Assembly (NCBI RefSeq): GCF_000981445.1
Contig: NC_027218.1
Span: 2,232,001-2,296,000, forward strand
Source of the DNA: Babesia bigemina
Taxonomy: Eukaryota
DNA length: 64,000 nucleotides
Direction of reading: 5' to 3'
Both the position numbers and the translations under genes were made by a program. The notes under the pieces are model-generated. The model was not told the origin of the DNA. It saw only the letters and a program-made list of their open reading frames with translations, and ran no database searches. Of this stretch, positions 1 to 13,400 are shown piece after piece; within the stretch, counting starts at the first letter, position 1, and each line of letters begins with the position of its first letter.

Positions 1-1209
1 TCTGCGATTACCTGATCGCTGCCGGTTTTATCTACCGCGCGCAGTACCAGCCGGTAAGCACCGTCGCATGCTGAGTCAGGCGTCATCGTTGCACAGATTG
101 AGGGCACGATCGAGAAGACCGCGTCCGGGACGTGTAGGCGGTTGTTCACCTGTGGTCATCACGCTTTCAGTCCGTCGCCCCATGTGGCCTAAGCGCCTGA
201 TAAAGACGCAAAAGCAGCGTTTCGACAAGGTCGGATTCTACATAATTTCGTACGAGGGCAACCAGCGGTGGAACTACGTGATGCTGACTGCGATGATACT
301 GGGAATTTTCGTAAGTCGCCGTGGCCCTGGTCTAATGGTTCTCAGGCCGTCTGCATGTTCCAGACCTGGCCGCTGGCGCTGAAGCTGGGAATGTGGTACA
401 TTTCCGTCGTGCTGCTTACGATTCTGGTGTGTCGTACCATCCTCGGAACATATACTGCAGATCTCTCTGCTCATGATCCGTCTGGTGCTTTTCGTGTCCC
501 TCTGGTTCTGCGGCTTTGACTTTTGGATTTTCCCCAACCTGTTGGACGAGGAGCTCGGCGTGTTCGACTCTTTCAAGCCTCTGTACAACCTCACCCGGCG
601 TACAGACACCGTCTACATGCTATGCTGCCGCGTGCTGTGCGCCATTATGGTGGCTGGTGAGTATTCCGCGCCTCCGCTCGCTTTCACACCGCGCAGCCTC
701 CATCCACGAGCTGGGCAAGACCCACGACCTGAAGGACGTCGGCAACTTCGCTCGCCAGTCGTTCTTGGAGGCCATCGAATGGGGACGTAACAAGCTCACC
801 GCCGGTAGGCTGATGGAATACAGAGAGACATGTACACGCAGTTCCCGAGGAAACCCCGTTGTACAAGTCCATCGGCGTGGACATGTCGACGGAATTCGAC
901 GCAGAGGGCCAGAACGAGGAGTCGGGCGAGGAAGGCCTCGATGACGACGGTTCGTTTTTTTGGTCTAGGGGCTAACTTTTGCAGACTACAAGTGCCTTTT
1001 GGCGTGCGGCTACCGTTCGCTAGGCCAGCTGTTGAAGGAATGTATGCTGAGCTGCAATTGTATGGAGGTGGGTGTGTGCAATTTGTGATTCACTTGTGTT
1101 TCAGGAACTGCTGGCCAACCCGTGTTTATCCGGCTGCCCTGAGGATACCATTCGAGTTTTAACGGAGTCCAAGACCGACATTTGCCGCAAGACGCGCGGC
1201 CGCGGATAG
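1..1209 (+). CDS. SEC62: Translocation protein Sec62 (5'-partial, multi-exon)
   Basis: Joined exons give two TM segments, then MFQTWPLALKLGMWYISV and FWIFPNLLDEELGVFDSFKPLY, the Sec62 WxFPNL..F..SFxPLY motif. Further short GT-AG introns lead to an acidic stretch and a Cys-rich tail (DYKCLLACGY...DICRKTRGRG), stop TAG at 1207-1209. The start lies upstream of the window. Confidence 0.85.
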
Positions 1210-1456
1210 TGTCGTTCGCAGGCGCGCGTTTGTATGCGCGTGGTGTGTGAACGGCTCGAGCGTCTGGAGTGCTCAGTGATTCTACAACATTTGCGCCAGT
1301 CTTAGGTGTTTATAGGAGTCTCCAGGTGTCAGCAGTGATTCAGCGCGTGCCACGAAACTATTCGTATTGCAGTGCTCATCTCCATTTCGGCGCCGTATTC
1401 TCGCAGTATTCTGCCGTAGATTTTGCATTCCCACGGTTGATTCTGAAGTATTTACA

Positions 1457-2266
1457 ATGGTGAACATTACCGTAAATAATCAATTTGGCGACTGCCAGCC
1501 AGCGACGCTGTCTCTGACGAACATCTCCGATGACATCACGCTGTCTAGCATCTGCATCCTTATCGACAACCAGTTCAAGTGCCTGAAAAACGAGTACACC
1601 GACGAGCGTGACCCGTGCGAGAAGTTCGTCCTTTACTCCGGTAACAAGGCGCTGGACAACCAGTGCCAGTTGCGCGAGTACAACCCTGTGGGTCTTCCGG
1701 AGATAACGTTCTACCTGTACGAGCGCAGCTACCTGACGGTCACCGTGAGGGTTGTGAAGCGTAGGTTTGGTGCTGTGCGGCCTCATTTGCGTCCAGACGT
1801 GGAGTGCTGCGGCCTGTTCTGCAGCCCCCTGCTCAGCAACATCTTCGCGCAAAAGTACTCGTTCAAGCTTCTAGACCAGGAGACCGTGCTCGAGCTGAAG
1901 CACAACGTGCTCCAGAAGTTGGGCTCGTACGTGAACAACCGCGGGTTGGTGTTTTATGCAGCGTGACAATATGTTTGCAGTGACTGCCTCACCCTGGAGG
2001 ACTTGCGTTTGGTGAACAAGAAGGCGGTCGTCGAAGACAACTTGATGGTGCTGAGGGACCTCAACAACGGCAAGGACGCTGCGCTGCTGCTGTTGGTGCC
2101 GATGGGGTACCGCAGCAGGCCCGTGGTCCGCGCCGCTCCCGCCCCTGCGCCCGTGGAGGAGGAGGAGGTCGCGAAGGCTACCCAGCCCGCCGAAAGGACG
2201 CCCACCCCCAGGTGCGTGGCCCCCGTCCCTGAACCGGAAGAAACGGAGAGCAAGCAAGAAGAATAA
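1457..2266 (+). CDS. Protein with two probable ubiquitin-like domains (2 exons)
   Basis: ATG at 1457, intron ending tttgcag at 1980, stop at 2264-2266. KFVLYSGNKALDNQCQLREYN and ETVLELKHNV...LRLVNKKAVVEDNLMVLRDL resemble ubiquitin-fold beta-grasp motifs. Judged by eye only. Confidence 0.45.
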
Positions 2267-2523
2267 ATTTACTCAGTTCCTAACGAACCGAAGGAGCCCA
2301 TCGCTGCGGCACTCGCTCCGGAAGCATAAACCATAGCATTTCTACGTTAATGTGCATTAGTGATCCACGTCTCCCGTGTCTGCTTCGCGGCTGCTCGAAC
2401 GACATCGTCCGGCTCTCGTATGCGTTCCACCGCTGGGATGTAACCCATGCAGTCGCATCGCAGGTGGGAGCCCCCAGCTTACATCATCGTGAATGGTGCA
2501 ACAACTGGGGATGCCGTGAAACC

Positions 2524-3659
2524 TCAATCGTCCTTTTCGCGCTCGTCCCCTGCGCCGAGTTAGGCTGCCGCGTGGCCACACTTACTGATTTCCGCGCCGC
2601 TGGCGAATTTACGGATCATGGAGACGATGAGGTTGAGCCAGTAGATGTTCATCACCTGCGAACGTTGACTCGCGAATCGGCGCCAACCAACCGTCAGAAT
2701 GGTCAACAGGCAGATGCACAGAACACCTCCTGGCAGCGAGTACATGTACTTCTTCGCGAACTCGTAGATCTCGGGGGAGCCGATGTTGAAGAACAGCGGC
2801 CTCGCCACGAAGGCGCCGAGCAGCACCAGCCTGCATACGAAGTGCGAGGTTCCGTAGATCAAGAACACGGCGCCCGTGACGAGATCAGGGACCAGCCTCA
2901 AGTACGAGAGGCACTTGGTGGTGAAGAGCAACACGTCCGGTATGTCGTGCAGGATGATGATGAGCTGCATCGCGGCTGAGCCGGTTGTGTGTGTTTGAAC
3001 CTACCAGTCCGATCCTGTGGAACCTGTAGGTGTAGTTGAGCAGAATCAGGATAACCGTCGTGAAGTGGTGGAACCGCAAGATCTGGATGTCCGACCGCCT
3101 GGTCTCCCAGTGGATGTACAGGCAGCAGCTCATCCAGAACCCCATGCTGATGAGGTTGAGCATCCTGACGCCATCCGCCATCGAGATGTTGGGCCACGAG
3201 ATCTCGTGTCCCACGTCGCTGACGGATTCGTAGATAAACCTGAACGGCGTGACGCGGCTCGCCGCTGCGCTGCTTACCACATCCCCTTGTGGTCCTTGAG
3301 GAAGTAGGAGAGCCATTTGGGCTCCGCGTGAGTGCCGTACTCGTGCGCCAGCAGGCAGATGGTGCACGCCAGCGACGTGACGTGCCAGCAGAGGTACCTG
3401 AGCTCGATGAGTTACGAGCCCGCCTGACGTACCACAAGGATTCCGCGAGCTTGTACGTCTTCTTCGGTTTGGCGACGTTTGACTTGTCGATAAGGATGTT
3501 GAACAGCGGAGGGCACAGGGGCTCCTTTTGTCCGTCGTATCCCGCGACAAGGTACCGCAGCACCGTGAGTGCGACTATGGCAACGGCGACAATGCAGACA
3601 TCCGGGTGGACCTTGCCACCGAAAGTGGATAAAACCAGATCGTCTACGGCCTTAATCAT
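2524..3659 (-). CDS. LAG1: LAG1/TLC-domain ceramide synthase (longevity assurance protein), multi-exon
   Basis: KLAESLWY, then the Lag1 motif ETRRSDIQILRFHHFTTVILILLNY...LHDIPDVLL and MNIYWLNLIVSMIRK. The last mini-exon gives the typical RDEREKDD* end (TGA at 2524-2526). Confidence 0.88.
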
Positions 3660-4011
3660 TTTGTGCAGAATATTCACGGCACTGCGTCGCAATTACGCCT
3701 ATCCCTGCTGATTGTACTTCCTGCCTCGGCTACTCGGTCGTGTGAGCCGCGGAGCGTGTGCTGTCACGTGTGCATTTGATGTGCTGCGCGTGTGTAAACG
3801 GCTACACACAGCAACCCTCCGTGTGCAAATATAGCTAAGAAAAGGAAGTGTGCTAAACGATACGGCAGACATTCCGTCCCGCGGCGAAGCCCCGCTCGAC
3901 GCCGCCGTCGGAGGTGTCATACTCATCGCGCAACACCATACACGCCGAAATGCAGCTCTAAAGCTCAGGTGGCACCTATGCATTCGTCTAAATTTAAACA
4001 CCGTTATGTGT

Positions 4012-4458
4012 TTATTTTCCGGTCGCCTCCTTGAGGTAGGCGATGAGGTCCGCCCTCTCCTGCTCCTTCTTCATGCCGGCGAATACCATCTTGGTTCCAG
4101 GGATGTACTCCTTGGGGTTGACCAGGTACATGAAGAGGTGCTTCTCACTCCACACGATGCCTGTTTACAGTGAGTGGCAGTTTCGTTGCGTTCGTCGACG
4201 CCGGTCGGCGTGCACTTACCGGAAGATTTGTTGGCGTCGGTGTAGGCGTAGTCGGCGGACCCTGACGGCCTTCCGAATAGTCCGAATAGGTTAGGTCCCT
4301 GCTTGGTTGCGCCTCCTGCAGCGCGATGTGGCCGTTGCCGTGGGTGCTTCCCTACCTTTGTTGGTGGTGTGGCACTGGGCGCACTTGGACTTGAACAGCT
4401 TGGCACCCTTCTTAGCGTCACCAGCTGGGACTTGAACATCCGGCTCCGGTTTCGCCAT
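4012..4458 (-). CDS. CYC: Cytochrome c (3 exons)
   Basis: [31 protein letters not shown] carries the CxxCH heme motif; [10 protein letters not shown] and [15 protein letters not shown] follow across two short GT-AG introns. Confidence 0.97.
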
Positions 4459-5755
4459 TGTTCCGTACAGTCAGTTTGGGTGGTGTCTGCGTGACTAATA
4501 TGGGCCTTCCGCTTACGCGGGCACGTATGCCAAAACAAACAGGCTACGATAACATGTAACAGGGTATTTGTTTCGCCTTTCACCGCAAGTAGTATTATGA
4601 GCCGTCTCGTGGCCAATGCTTCAGCGGTAGAAGCCAGCGCGACTCGGCGATGGCTCAAGGCTCACAGGAGGAGGGAAGCGGGGAAAGCAGCCATCATACT
4701 CACGCAACAATCTTCCACATAGACTTACGTTTTTAGCAAATTAAGGTCGGCAATTGTTTCGGTATGTTGTAAGTGCGGGGGATGGCTGGATAGGGCGCGG
4801 GTATGCGGTGATGGTGGCGCCTGGGTATAATAGGTTACGCGGGTCGCGTTAAGTCGTAATTTAGTCCTACACGACACTTGGGGCTTCCACGTCACATTTT
4901 GATAATGCATGAAACGTAGTTTGCGCCGTTGAGATTATGCCATCCACATTAGGTGCCCATTGGTTAGATTCGCTTCTTGCTTCCAGTTCTCTGTCGTGCG
5001 GGCCAATGCCATGCAATCGTTTGGTGTGTTTTTAGAAGTCACCAAACCCAACTTAGGCAGTACCAAGCGAGAATTTTGCGTTGCATACTGTATGCAACGC
5101 CCTTTACCCTTAGGCAGATACAATGACGCTAGGCCAGGTAAAAGTATAACCACCACTTAAAGTGTACATCATGGAACTAGCACACGATTCACGTAACCTA
5201 CAGTGGTTACAGTTCCGTGGCGCTTTCTGATAGTCTCTCGCTTATGCAACGGGTGTGTACGGTCCTTCCACCCCGTCGGCTGCCTTCGACACAACCGCTG
5301 CCCCAAATTTACACATCACAAACAGCGTATATAAATCAGCTCACGCTTAGAACCGTTAAGTGGCCGTAACTATTGAGTTTGGCTGTGTTTACACGCCACC
5401 GTTACCGGCACCCTCTAGATCGTTATTCGCCGAAAGCAGTTCTACGACAGGCGCGATATCAATTCGCTGGGATATACTGCCAATGGCATAGAGATGGTTT
5501 TATTTTGATATTGATAATTCTGGATTCCACATTAGACAAGCCGGTTATCGCACCGCCGCAATCAGCGCCTTCCACTATTTCTGGCGATAGTTGGCGCGAA
5601 ACTGCGAGCGAGGGGCGGCGGCAATCAGCGCTGCATTGGATGGAGTGTGAAGAGTCGCAGAAGTCGATGTCGGAAGCGTTTCGGTCGCACCATGTACCGT
5701 AATGCCCATGCGCCACTGGAACAAGAGCATCAGGCCACTCGATGGGTGCATACAT

Positions 5756-7260
5756 ATGACATCCTTCCTCATCAAAGTTTGTCTGTGGCTAACTTGTTTC
5801 ATAGTACTGCCGTATACGTTCACTGGATGTAGTAATCTTGGTCAAGCCGTCCAGCTGCTACCTGGTCACCGTGCTATATATCGCAATGGCTTTCCGCAAC
5901 ACCACCGAGCATTCCTGTTCGGTGCTCCACCGCGCGCAGACAACCTGTCAGTTGTTACGCTGCGGAATGGTGAATTCGTGGGGGGGCTGAGGCACACCAC
6001 CTCTTATCGCAAAATATCGGGCCCAGGCATCAACACCCATCGTCCCACTGCGCTGGGACTGTTCGGCAGTTTGACTGGATGGTTCTCCAACGCAATCGGC
6101 AGTCGGTGGTACGTGCCCCCGATGCCTACGGGCAAGTTTGCGTCCACTATTCTGCGCAAACACGGTCGGCTGCAGACAGGTACGAAGCTGAACATCATGT
6201 GCTGATTTGGTTGCAGAACAGGAAACAAAAGACTTCTTCGACCTGATCGGAGCGCATCCCGACTCAGATTTGGTGGAGATAGGTCAGGCGTACGAGCATG
6301 CCGTTGAAACCCTTCCGGAGGACATGCGTGAGGTGCTGAAGCGAAGTTTCCACGAGTTCCTCCGGAAGCAGTTCGTGGAAGCCTTCGAGCACATGGAGTC
6401 GTTCATAAAGCGTGGACCAGTCGCCTGGGAGGAGTACTGGGACCCTTCAAAGTGGGTTTGCGCTGAATTATTGTGTGACACTTTTCAGGGACGCATACGG
6501 CAATCCGGTCGTCAGCAAGTTCGCCACACCCGAAGAGGAGGACGAAGCCATGGCCGCCTCCATGCCTCCAGAGTTTGACGTGTCTAAGTTCCGCGAATAC
6601 TGGCGCAAGAACAGTTCGCAATTCAACACTATGATGAACAAGGTGGACATGGCGTCACGGGTTCGCCTTACCAGGTGGGTGCCAGCGCCGTTGACCCGTA
6701 ATATACTTATAGCGACTTTGGAGGGAGGCTACTGAAGTGCACTACTACGATGATCCCGGTGATGATCATGGGGCTGTTCCCGCAGTTTTCGTCAATGTCC
6801 GTCGCAGTGCAGGGCCTGCTTGCGTCGGGGTTCATATTCAAGGGCGATCGTGCTGTCATTCTCGAGAGAGAAAAGGTACTCTCGCTGTGCTCATAAAACT
6901 AACACAATACGCAGAAAAGCCTGGAACCAGGCCTTGCAGCAGCCCCGCCGGCAAGATCGCCCTCATCGCGGACGCTGCTGACGTCGGCGGTTCTCTGTGT
7001 CCACAGTCTGCTGGGTATAGGTGCTGCCAAGCTCATGGAGCACTACGTAGGTTGCGCTTTAAACACAACACAGTGCCATGCAGACTTCGGTTCTGGACCA
7101 CTTGACTCCCCAGATCCTGAAAGTTGCAAGCATAAACTTCCAGTTCCTTATCGCAGCCTTGTTGTGGGATACCAGCGACCTCACACCATCCGGCCACGCC
7201 AAGCGCGAAGAGCGCCGCATGTCCAAAATAACGGACACACTGGGAGACATTGTGGAATAA
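5756..7260 (+). CDS. Putative apicoplast-targeted membrane protein with a J-like N-terminal domain (CPP1/DUF3353-like), multi-exon
   Basis: Hydrophobic signal-like N-terminus (MTSFLIKVCLWLTCFIVLPY), then a basic transit-like region, then DFFDLIGAHPDSDLVEIGQAYE (J-domain helix I/II-like), then several hydrophobic exons ending ...TDTLGDIVE*. An alternative ATG lies at 5702. Confidence 0.45.
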
Positions 7261-7468
7261 AATTTCAAATTGCTGGGCACTATGTAGCAACCACCCGTGG
7301 AACTAGGTTTGACCGATGCTATGTATTAGTGTTCATGGCTAGCAACGACTGCAACTGGTGGCCATAGTAAAGCGTATAAACATTAGAATTACAGTTTTCA
7401 AAAACCTTATGAGCGCTCATGTTGTGAGTGCTTGATGAGCGCAGACAAACCACAGGTTTGCGCAACAT

Positions 7469-10400
7469 TTACAAAACCAAGTAGCGCACATCCCTCTGTG
7501 ACACCGGCATGCCGTTGAAGATGGACCACTGTCCCATCCAAGTGAGCAGCTGCCACCAGTCCCTAGTTGGGTCTTCCGTTTGTGTTGCGCGCACGATGGC
7601 GCGTCGGTGCTTTTCCGAGGCCTCAGACCTCGACTTTCCTGACTGCTCGTGGTGTGCAGTCAACAACGCCTCCCTATACAGGGTGGCAACTTCGTTCTTG
7701 TCCCGCAGCGTTGAAGGCAGATATGCCTTGGGCTTTGGGGCTTTGATTTTCTTGTGGTGACTGTGACCATGACCGTGACCGTCACCGTGACTGTGGCTGT
7801 GATCATGACCGTGGTCGTGGCCGTGACTGTGATCATGAGTGTGACTATCACCCTTCGCGGCCTTCATCTCCGTTATCGTGTCGTGCAACAATTTCACGAG
7901 GTTGCCTTCATTGTCATCCTCAGCGAATTCCACAACCCTGTCGTAGGTTTCCCTCACGGCTGCCAGGCACGCTTCCTGGAATTCGCTTGAATTGTTGCAG
8001 AAAGCTTCCTTCTTCCTTCTCCACCCTGCCGCTTCCTCTAGCAACTCACCCGTATCCTGGATGTCTTCGTAGAGACGACCGGTACTGAGAACTAAGATGG
8101 CTTTCTCACTTCCATCGGAGAAGACTTGCGATCCCTGGCGTTTAAAGTGCTCAACGCATTCGGTGCATGGCTCGTTTACCAACAGCCACTCGAGTGGGTC
8201 GGCTGGTTCCACTAGGTTTGGATACCTCTCATCACGCTTGTGGTACCCATCCCCTGTCCGCGATGGAGCTGCGGGATTCTTATTATGTGAAATGGCGTCG
8301 CCACGTTCTGATTTGTTCTTCTTTCCAGAAAACCTCTCAGCAATGCGCTTCCGCAGTTTCCAGCAGCCGGGTGATTCCACCCAGTCGAGGTCAGAATTGC
8401 CACAATCGCTGTCGTCACCATCGCTATCCCAGTCTTCTGTTGCAATTGGAGCCTTAGGGGTGGGTTGCGACACGTCAGTACTGCTTTCCCCGGAACTGAA
8501 AGAGCGACGAACGCTTTCCAGCCACGACACGGTGACTTTTGGCTCCTCTACTATATCAGTTTCGGCAGCAACCTCTTCCTCCGCCAAGCGTTTTTCATAA
8601 TATCGTTTTCGCTCGTATACGTACTTGGAGCAGTTGGCGAGCCAAGTGTGGTATTTATGCCAATCATTGATGTACCGGACGGCAATTTCCTCCTGTTGGA
8701 GTTGCCTTTGCTTGCTTGTAACCATGTTGCGCTCCACGTTGAACTTTGTGGCCTGAAGAGGCACTGTATCGCTCTGCCCCTTATAGAAAGTGTTCCACAG
8801 CGATATAAGTTTGAGCTTGTATTCCATTTTCCCCAAGTGATGCAACTCATCCAACAAGTCCAAGTTTAGGTCATGCAGGACATTGTGGAAGAATGCCATG
8901 CTGTTCATAAAATTGTCGGTCAGGTACGTGTTTGTCTCCCAACCTACCCAGAGCAGCTGCGCGTCGGGGTTGAGGTTTCTCATGAACGGCGCGGACACGT
9001 TGATCATCTGGGCATCATCCGGGAACAATTGCAGGAACGACATCAGGTTCAACACCCATTCCAGCGACTTTATGGGCCTCATTGACTGATTCACAAGAAA
9101 GTCGTGGAATGTAACCTCTTTCCTCGGGATGCTTCTAGTGTAATGTGGGTTGGCCCCGGCAGTGGTGTGGGACAACGGCCCCAAGACATACCACAGTGGG
9201 ATGGACCCAGCACGTGAGGGCCCACTAAGTCCCCATATACCAAAGGCGCTCTGAAGGTCGGAGAGGAACGTCTTGGTAACCGTGCTCTTGATGAGCTGGG
9301 TTGCTGGCGGTTGACCGTTGTCATAGATTCCAACAACGCGCAGCTTCTCGGTTACATAATTAAGGGAGTTCGCCGTATCCCGATACGTACCGGTGATGTT
9401 GGAAATCCAAGACAGAATGAAGATAACCGCGATACCCAGTAGCACCATGAGATTGATGCGCGTTCCCATCTTACCACCGGCTCCATTCCCCGCTCCCCTG
9501 TGCAAAGTCCCGCTCATAACAGCTGACGACAAGTGCATTGCGCTCAAAGCCGTAATGGCAGTCAACAGCGTTTTGGAGTTGGCAACAGAACGCTGTACAC
9601 CAAACCAGTGGAAGAACCCCATGACCGCCCAGAAGCACAACAAAACCCAAATATACTTGAGGCAGGCAAATGGGGTGGCGTCAGAGTAGTTGTCAAGGTT
9701 TGGTTTAAACCTTTGCGATGCACGCTCACCCTTCAGTCGAGCGTTGTACACAACACTCAATTTGTCCTCCGTGCTTAAGGTACTGAATCCAGGCGAACTG
9801 GTGACAACGCCAAGCGCTGATTTTTGACTGCCTTTCATGCCTATTAAAGAGAGCCAAACACGGTTTATCTGCTCCTTTATCCGCGTGATTTTCTTGTTGA
9901 GGAAATTCAGGCGTAGGCATTGCATTGTAATAGTGGCTAGAGTCCATGTTATGTTTTGGATAAAGAGAATGTGTTGGTGTGCAACCTTTAAACAAAATCC
10001 CAACAGTTTAAGCAGAACATCGACCACCTGCTTTTCAGCCAACGCAATTTGATTGATTTCAGTTTTGTAGCAAGGAAATCCAATACGTACTTTATTTGCA
10101 ACTTCATACATCTTTCCCACCTTAGCCATCCTTTTTTGGAGGCCACAGTGAGCGAATTGCAGCAATTTGCACAGAGTAGTTAAGGATTCATTCACTTTCT
10201 TCACGCTTTCTGTTATCTTCTCCGCACATTGTGTAAGCTTTTCCAAACCACCTTTTAATTGACTTGCATTATGTTTGAGAGCAGTTACATCATCGGTTAT
10301 TATCCGCAGCGCACACCCTAGTCTATGGCTGCAACATGTAGTCCCCATTTTCTTGTTGCTACCACTTTTCATAGCAATGGTAATATTACATTGGCAATCC

Positions 10401-13400
10401 TTCATATTGCACTTATAAGCAGGAGGCGCATCTTCAACTTGCTGGATTGATGATTGGCTGTTTTGCAAACAAGTTTTACAATGGAAAAGAGAATCAAAAA
10501 GGCCTCTCAACTTACATGTATCGTTGCACGTATTTGTGCTACACGCGCAATTGCCCTCGCAATCAAGAGGTTTCGACATCTCATGCGAATTACAACAGGT
10601 TTCGCCGCAAAGCACATAGCATCTTATCCTTTCCCTCCAACAGACTGGATTCCGACAACATTCGTCGCTCGAATCACTGCAAACCGTCTTCAGTTTCGCG
10701 CAGAGCTGACATTCGGGGGATGAAGACGAGCATAAACAGGTTTGATGAGACATTGAACCACTAACGGAGCAAGGAGGCGATTTAGCACACTTAAGACCTT
10801 TGCCGGAAGATGTACATACGGAATGAAAAATGTATAGCACTCCACATGACAACGTATTATAAGTACCCGGAGTGCAGTTATCACAACAAAAACAGTATCT
10901 CAATATGGCATATAGCGCATTACATATATCTTTGGCTCCTAAAGAGCCTTGCTCATCGGCGCAACAGCTGCATTCTGCGCCCGAATGAGTCGACGCATCG
11001 CATTTCAATTTTTCAAGGCTGGAAACGCACTCCAACAATTTTGTTAAAACAGCCGCAAATCGCGACGATTCCGATCCATCTTTGCAGCAATTTTCAGAGC
11101 ACGACGCGACAGGAGATTCTCCGCATGCAATCACATCAAACTGATTACAAAGTTCATCAATTTTGCTGCAATCGACAGTGGCTTCCTTAGTGCATGACAG
11201 CAGTTTTCCAAGATGATCAATGCATGACTTGGCGTGGTTTTGAATTTTCTCAGCAGAATCGCATGTGTCTGACTTGGATGGTTCAACTGTTTTCAGACAT
11301 GGGTTTAGTTGAGAAGTAAAAGCATACGATTTTGACGAGAGGCATTTTGTTTTTTCCATGCTGTCTGCACCTACAGCTCCATAAGACTCCTTGTAATTTT
11401 TAACTCTTTCTTCAAGCAATCTAGCTGTATCCCCACTACCTTTTAGGCAGGCATTTAACAATTCCTTCGTTGTGTTGCCATACTCTTTCAAAATTTCATC
11501 TTTAGGCATCTTCATCTCTACTTCCTTATCTTTATGAAACAAGGATGAATAACTGGATTTATCCTTACGTTCTATATCTGGGCACAGCTGTCCAATTGTG
11601 TTGGTAAGTCCCGAATACCAGAACACCACATCGTCCATCACGGTCTCCAAAAACGTTTCGCCTGGCGACAACATGCGTGTCATGATGTCATGCAGATATT
11701 CAGCAGATGGTAGGAGCAAGTGGTATGCTCCAGTGCAGTAGTCGGCCTTGCTTTTTTTGTCAGATTGCGTTGTTTCCCCTCGCTTTTCCATGGTTTCGTT
11801 AAGTTGCAGCAGGTCAGATATTGAACGTGTGACTATGACCATAACCCGTGTTGTGTTCATAAGCCCTACAGCGCTCAACTCATCATCGTACAGCGCTTCT
11901 GAATGCTTAGACCCGGCGTGGCACTTCGACATCTCCTCAATCCTACGGATCAACTCATTTTTGTAAGAGTGCATCATTACAATAACCTTGCAAAGCATCT
12001 TGACGAGCTTTTCGAGAAGTTTCCACACACATTTCGGTGTCTTTTCGCGATGCCCACTGCCGCCGCCGTGGTGATGACCGTGACCATGACCATGCCCGTG
12101 TCCGTGCCCATGGTCATCATGATCCTCTTCATCATGGCTCTCTTCACCTGCATTATCACCTTCATGGTGTTCATGATCATCATCGTGGTGTTCATGATCA
12201 CTGTGATGTTCCTCTCCATGTTCATGCTCAGAGTCGCTATCATGATCATGCTCCTCACAACTACATTCCGGACGTTGTTGCAGTTTCCTATATAGATCTT
12301 TTACATCCCAGCATAACCTACAGAGCCACTCCTGGAGTAGAAGCAACTCATCTATGAGGCACAACGTGTCGATCAAAAGCAGTACCGACTCACAAAAACT
12401 TCTGAGCATGCACATAAGCCTTTTTTCTAACTCTAACGATAGTTTCTCCGGCGCGTCTCCCCTCTCTTTGAACATCTCTTGATTGTAGATATCCTTCGAC
12501 AGGCTGCTGCAGCGTTCTTTGACTGAGCCGATTGAACTCTTCAGGAACTTTCTGATATTTTCCTGTGTTGACAAAAAGCAACACGAACAGTGGGAAATGG
12601 CCCTTATACCCGCATTCGCTGAATGCTTTATTGTAATTTTGCCATGTTCGTGGTGTTCGTCCTTATCTTTTTTTGTGTTTACAATCGGCTTTAGGATAGA
12701 CACGCAGCATTCGCCGAGAGTAGGTATCCTATTAATAAAGCTGCAAGAAGCGACGCCAACTCGTTCCGTTAGGCCATCGGCGTACATGGTGCCCGTTCTC
12801 TCCAGCTGAAGGGTCAGAACGGTCTTCTGATGCAGGAGCATTTTATGCAGCAACTGTATTGAGTCCCACGACGGATCGATCGAGAACGGTATGCCGTATA
12901 ACGTCCCATTGCAGTTGATGAAGTCGCAATACTGCTTCATGATCTCGTCGACGTTGTCATACAGGCTTCCGCTGTACAGGTTCCCCAGATCGTAGAGCGT
13001 GTGATAGATTTTCTCTACCGCTTGGGTGCACAGAAGATACGTCGCATCACGGGTTTGCCACTGCGCCCACAACTCTCCTTGTAGAAGCGTCCACTGCGTA
13101 TTGCTACTTACCCGTGCTACATTCAGCTTGCGATTCTTTAGGTGCGATACGGCCCTCATCCCAGAGTTGCCTATGGACTCCTCATACGTCGCAACACCAC
13201 TTAATCTGCCACCCTGACGACAAACGCTCAACAATGCGTCGGCACCCGTTGTCTTGAGCACCTCTCGCCGGTTGGCATACTTGACGCCCAGCATGCGGCG
13301 CATCGCCGCGTTGTGCCCGAAGAACGCACCCTGCGGCGGCGGGTTCTCGAAATACGCTAACCACGCCGGTGCGATGGCAGCCACAGCGTACACTATGAAC

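Noticed and set aside
4460..5750. Several 60-110 aa ORFs between cytochrome c and the next gene
   Set aside because: No motifs or coding bias; more likely divergent promoters and spliced 5' UTRs, although a micro-exon gene cannot be excluded.
7409..7442. Palindrome atgagcgctcat and an 8-bp inverted repeat between convergent genes
   Set aside because: Too short to distinguish from chance, and intrinsic terminators do not apply to Pol II genes.
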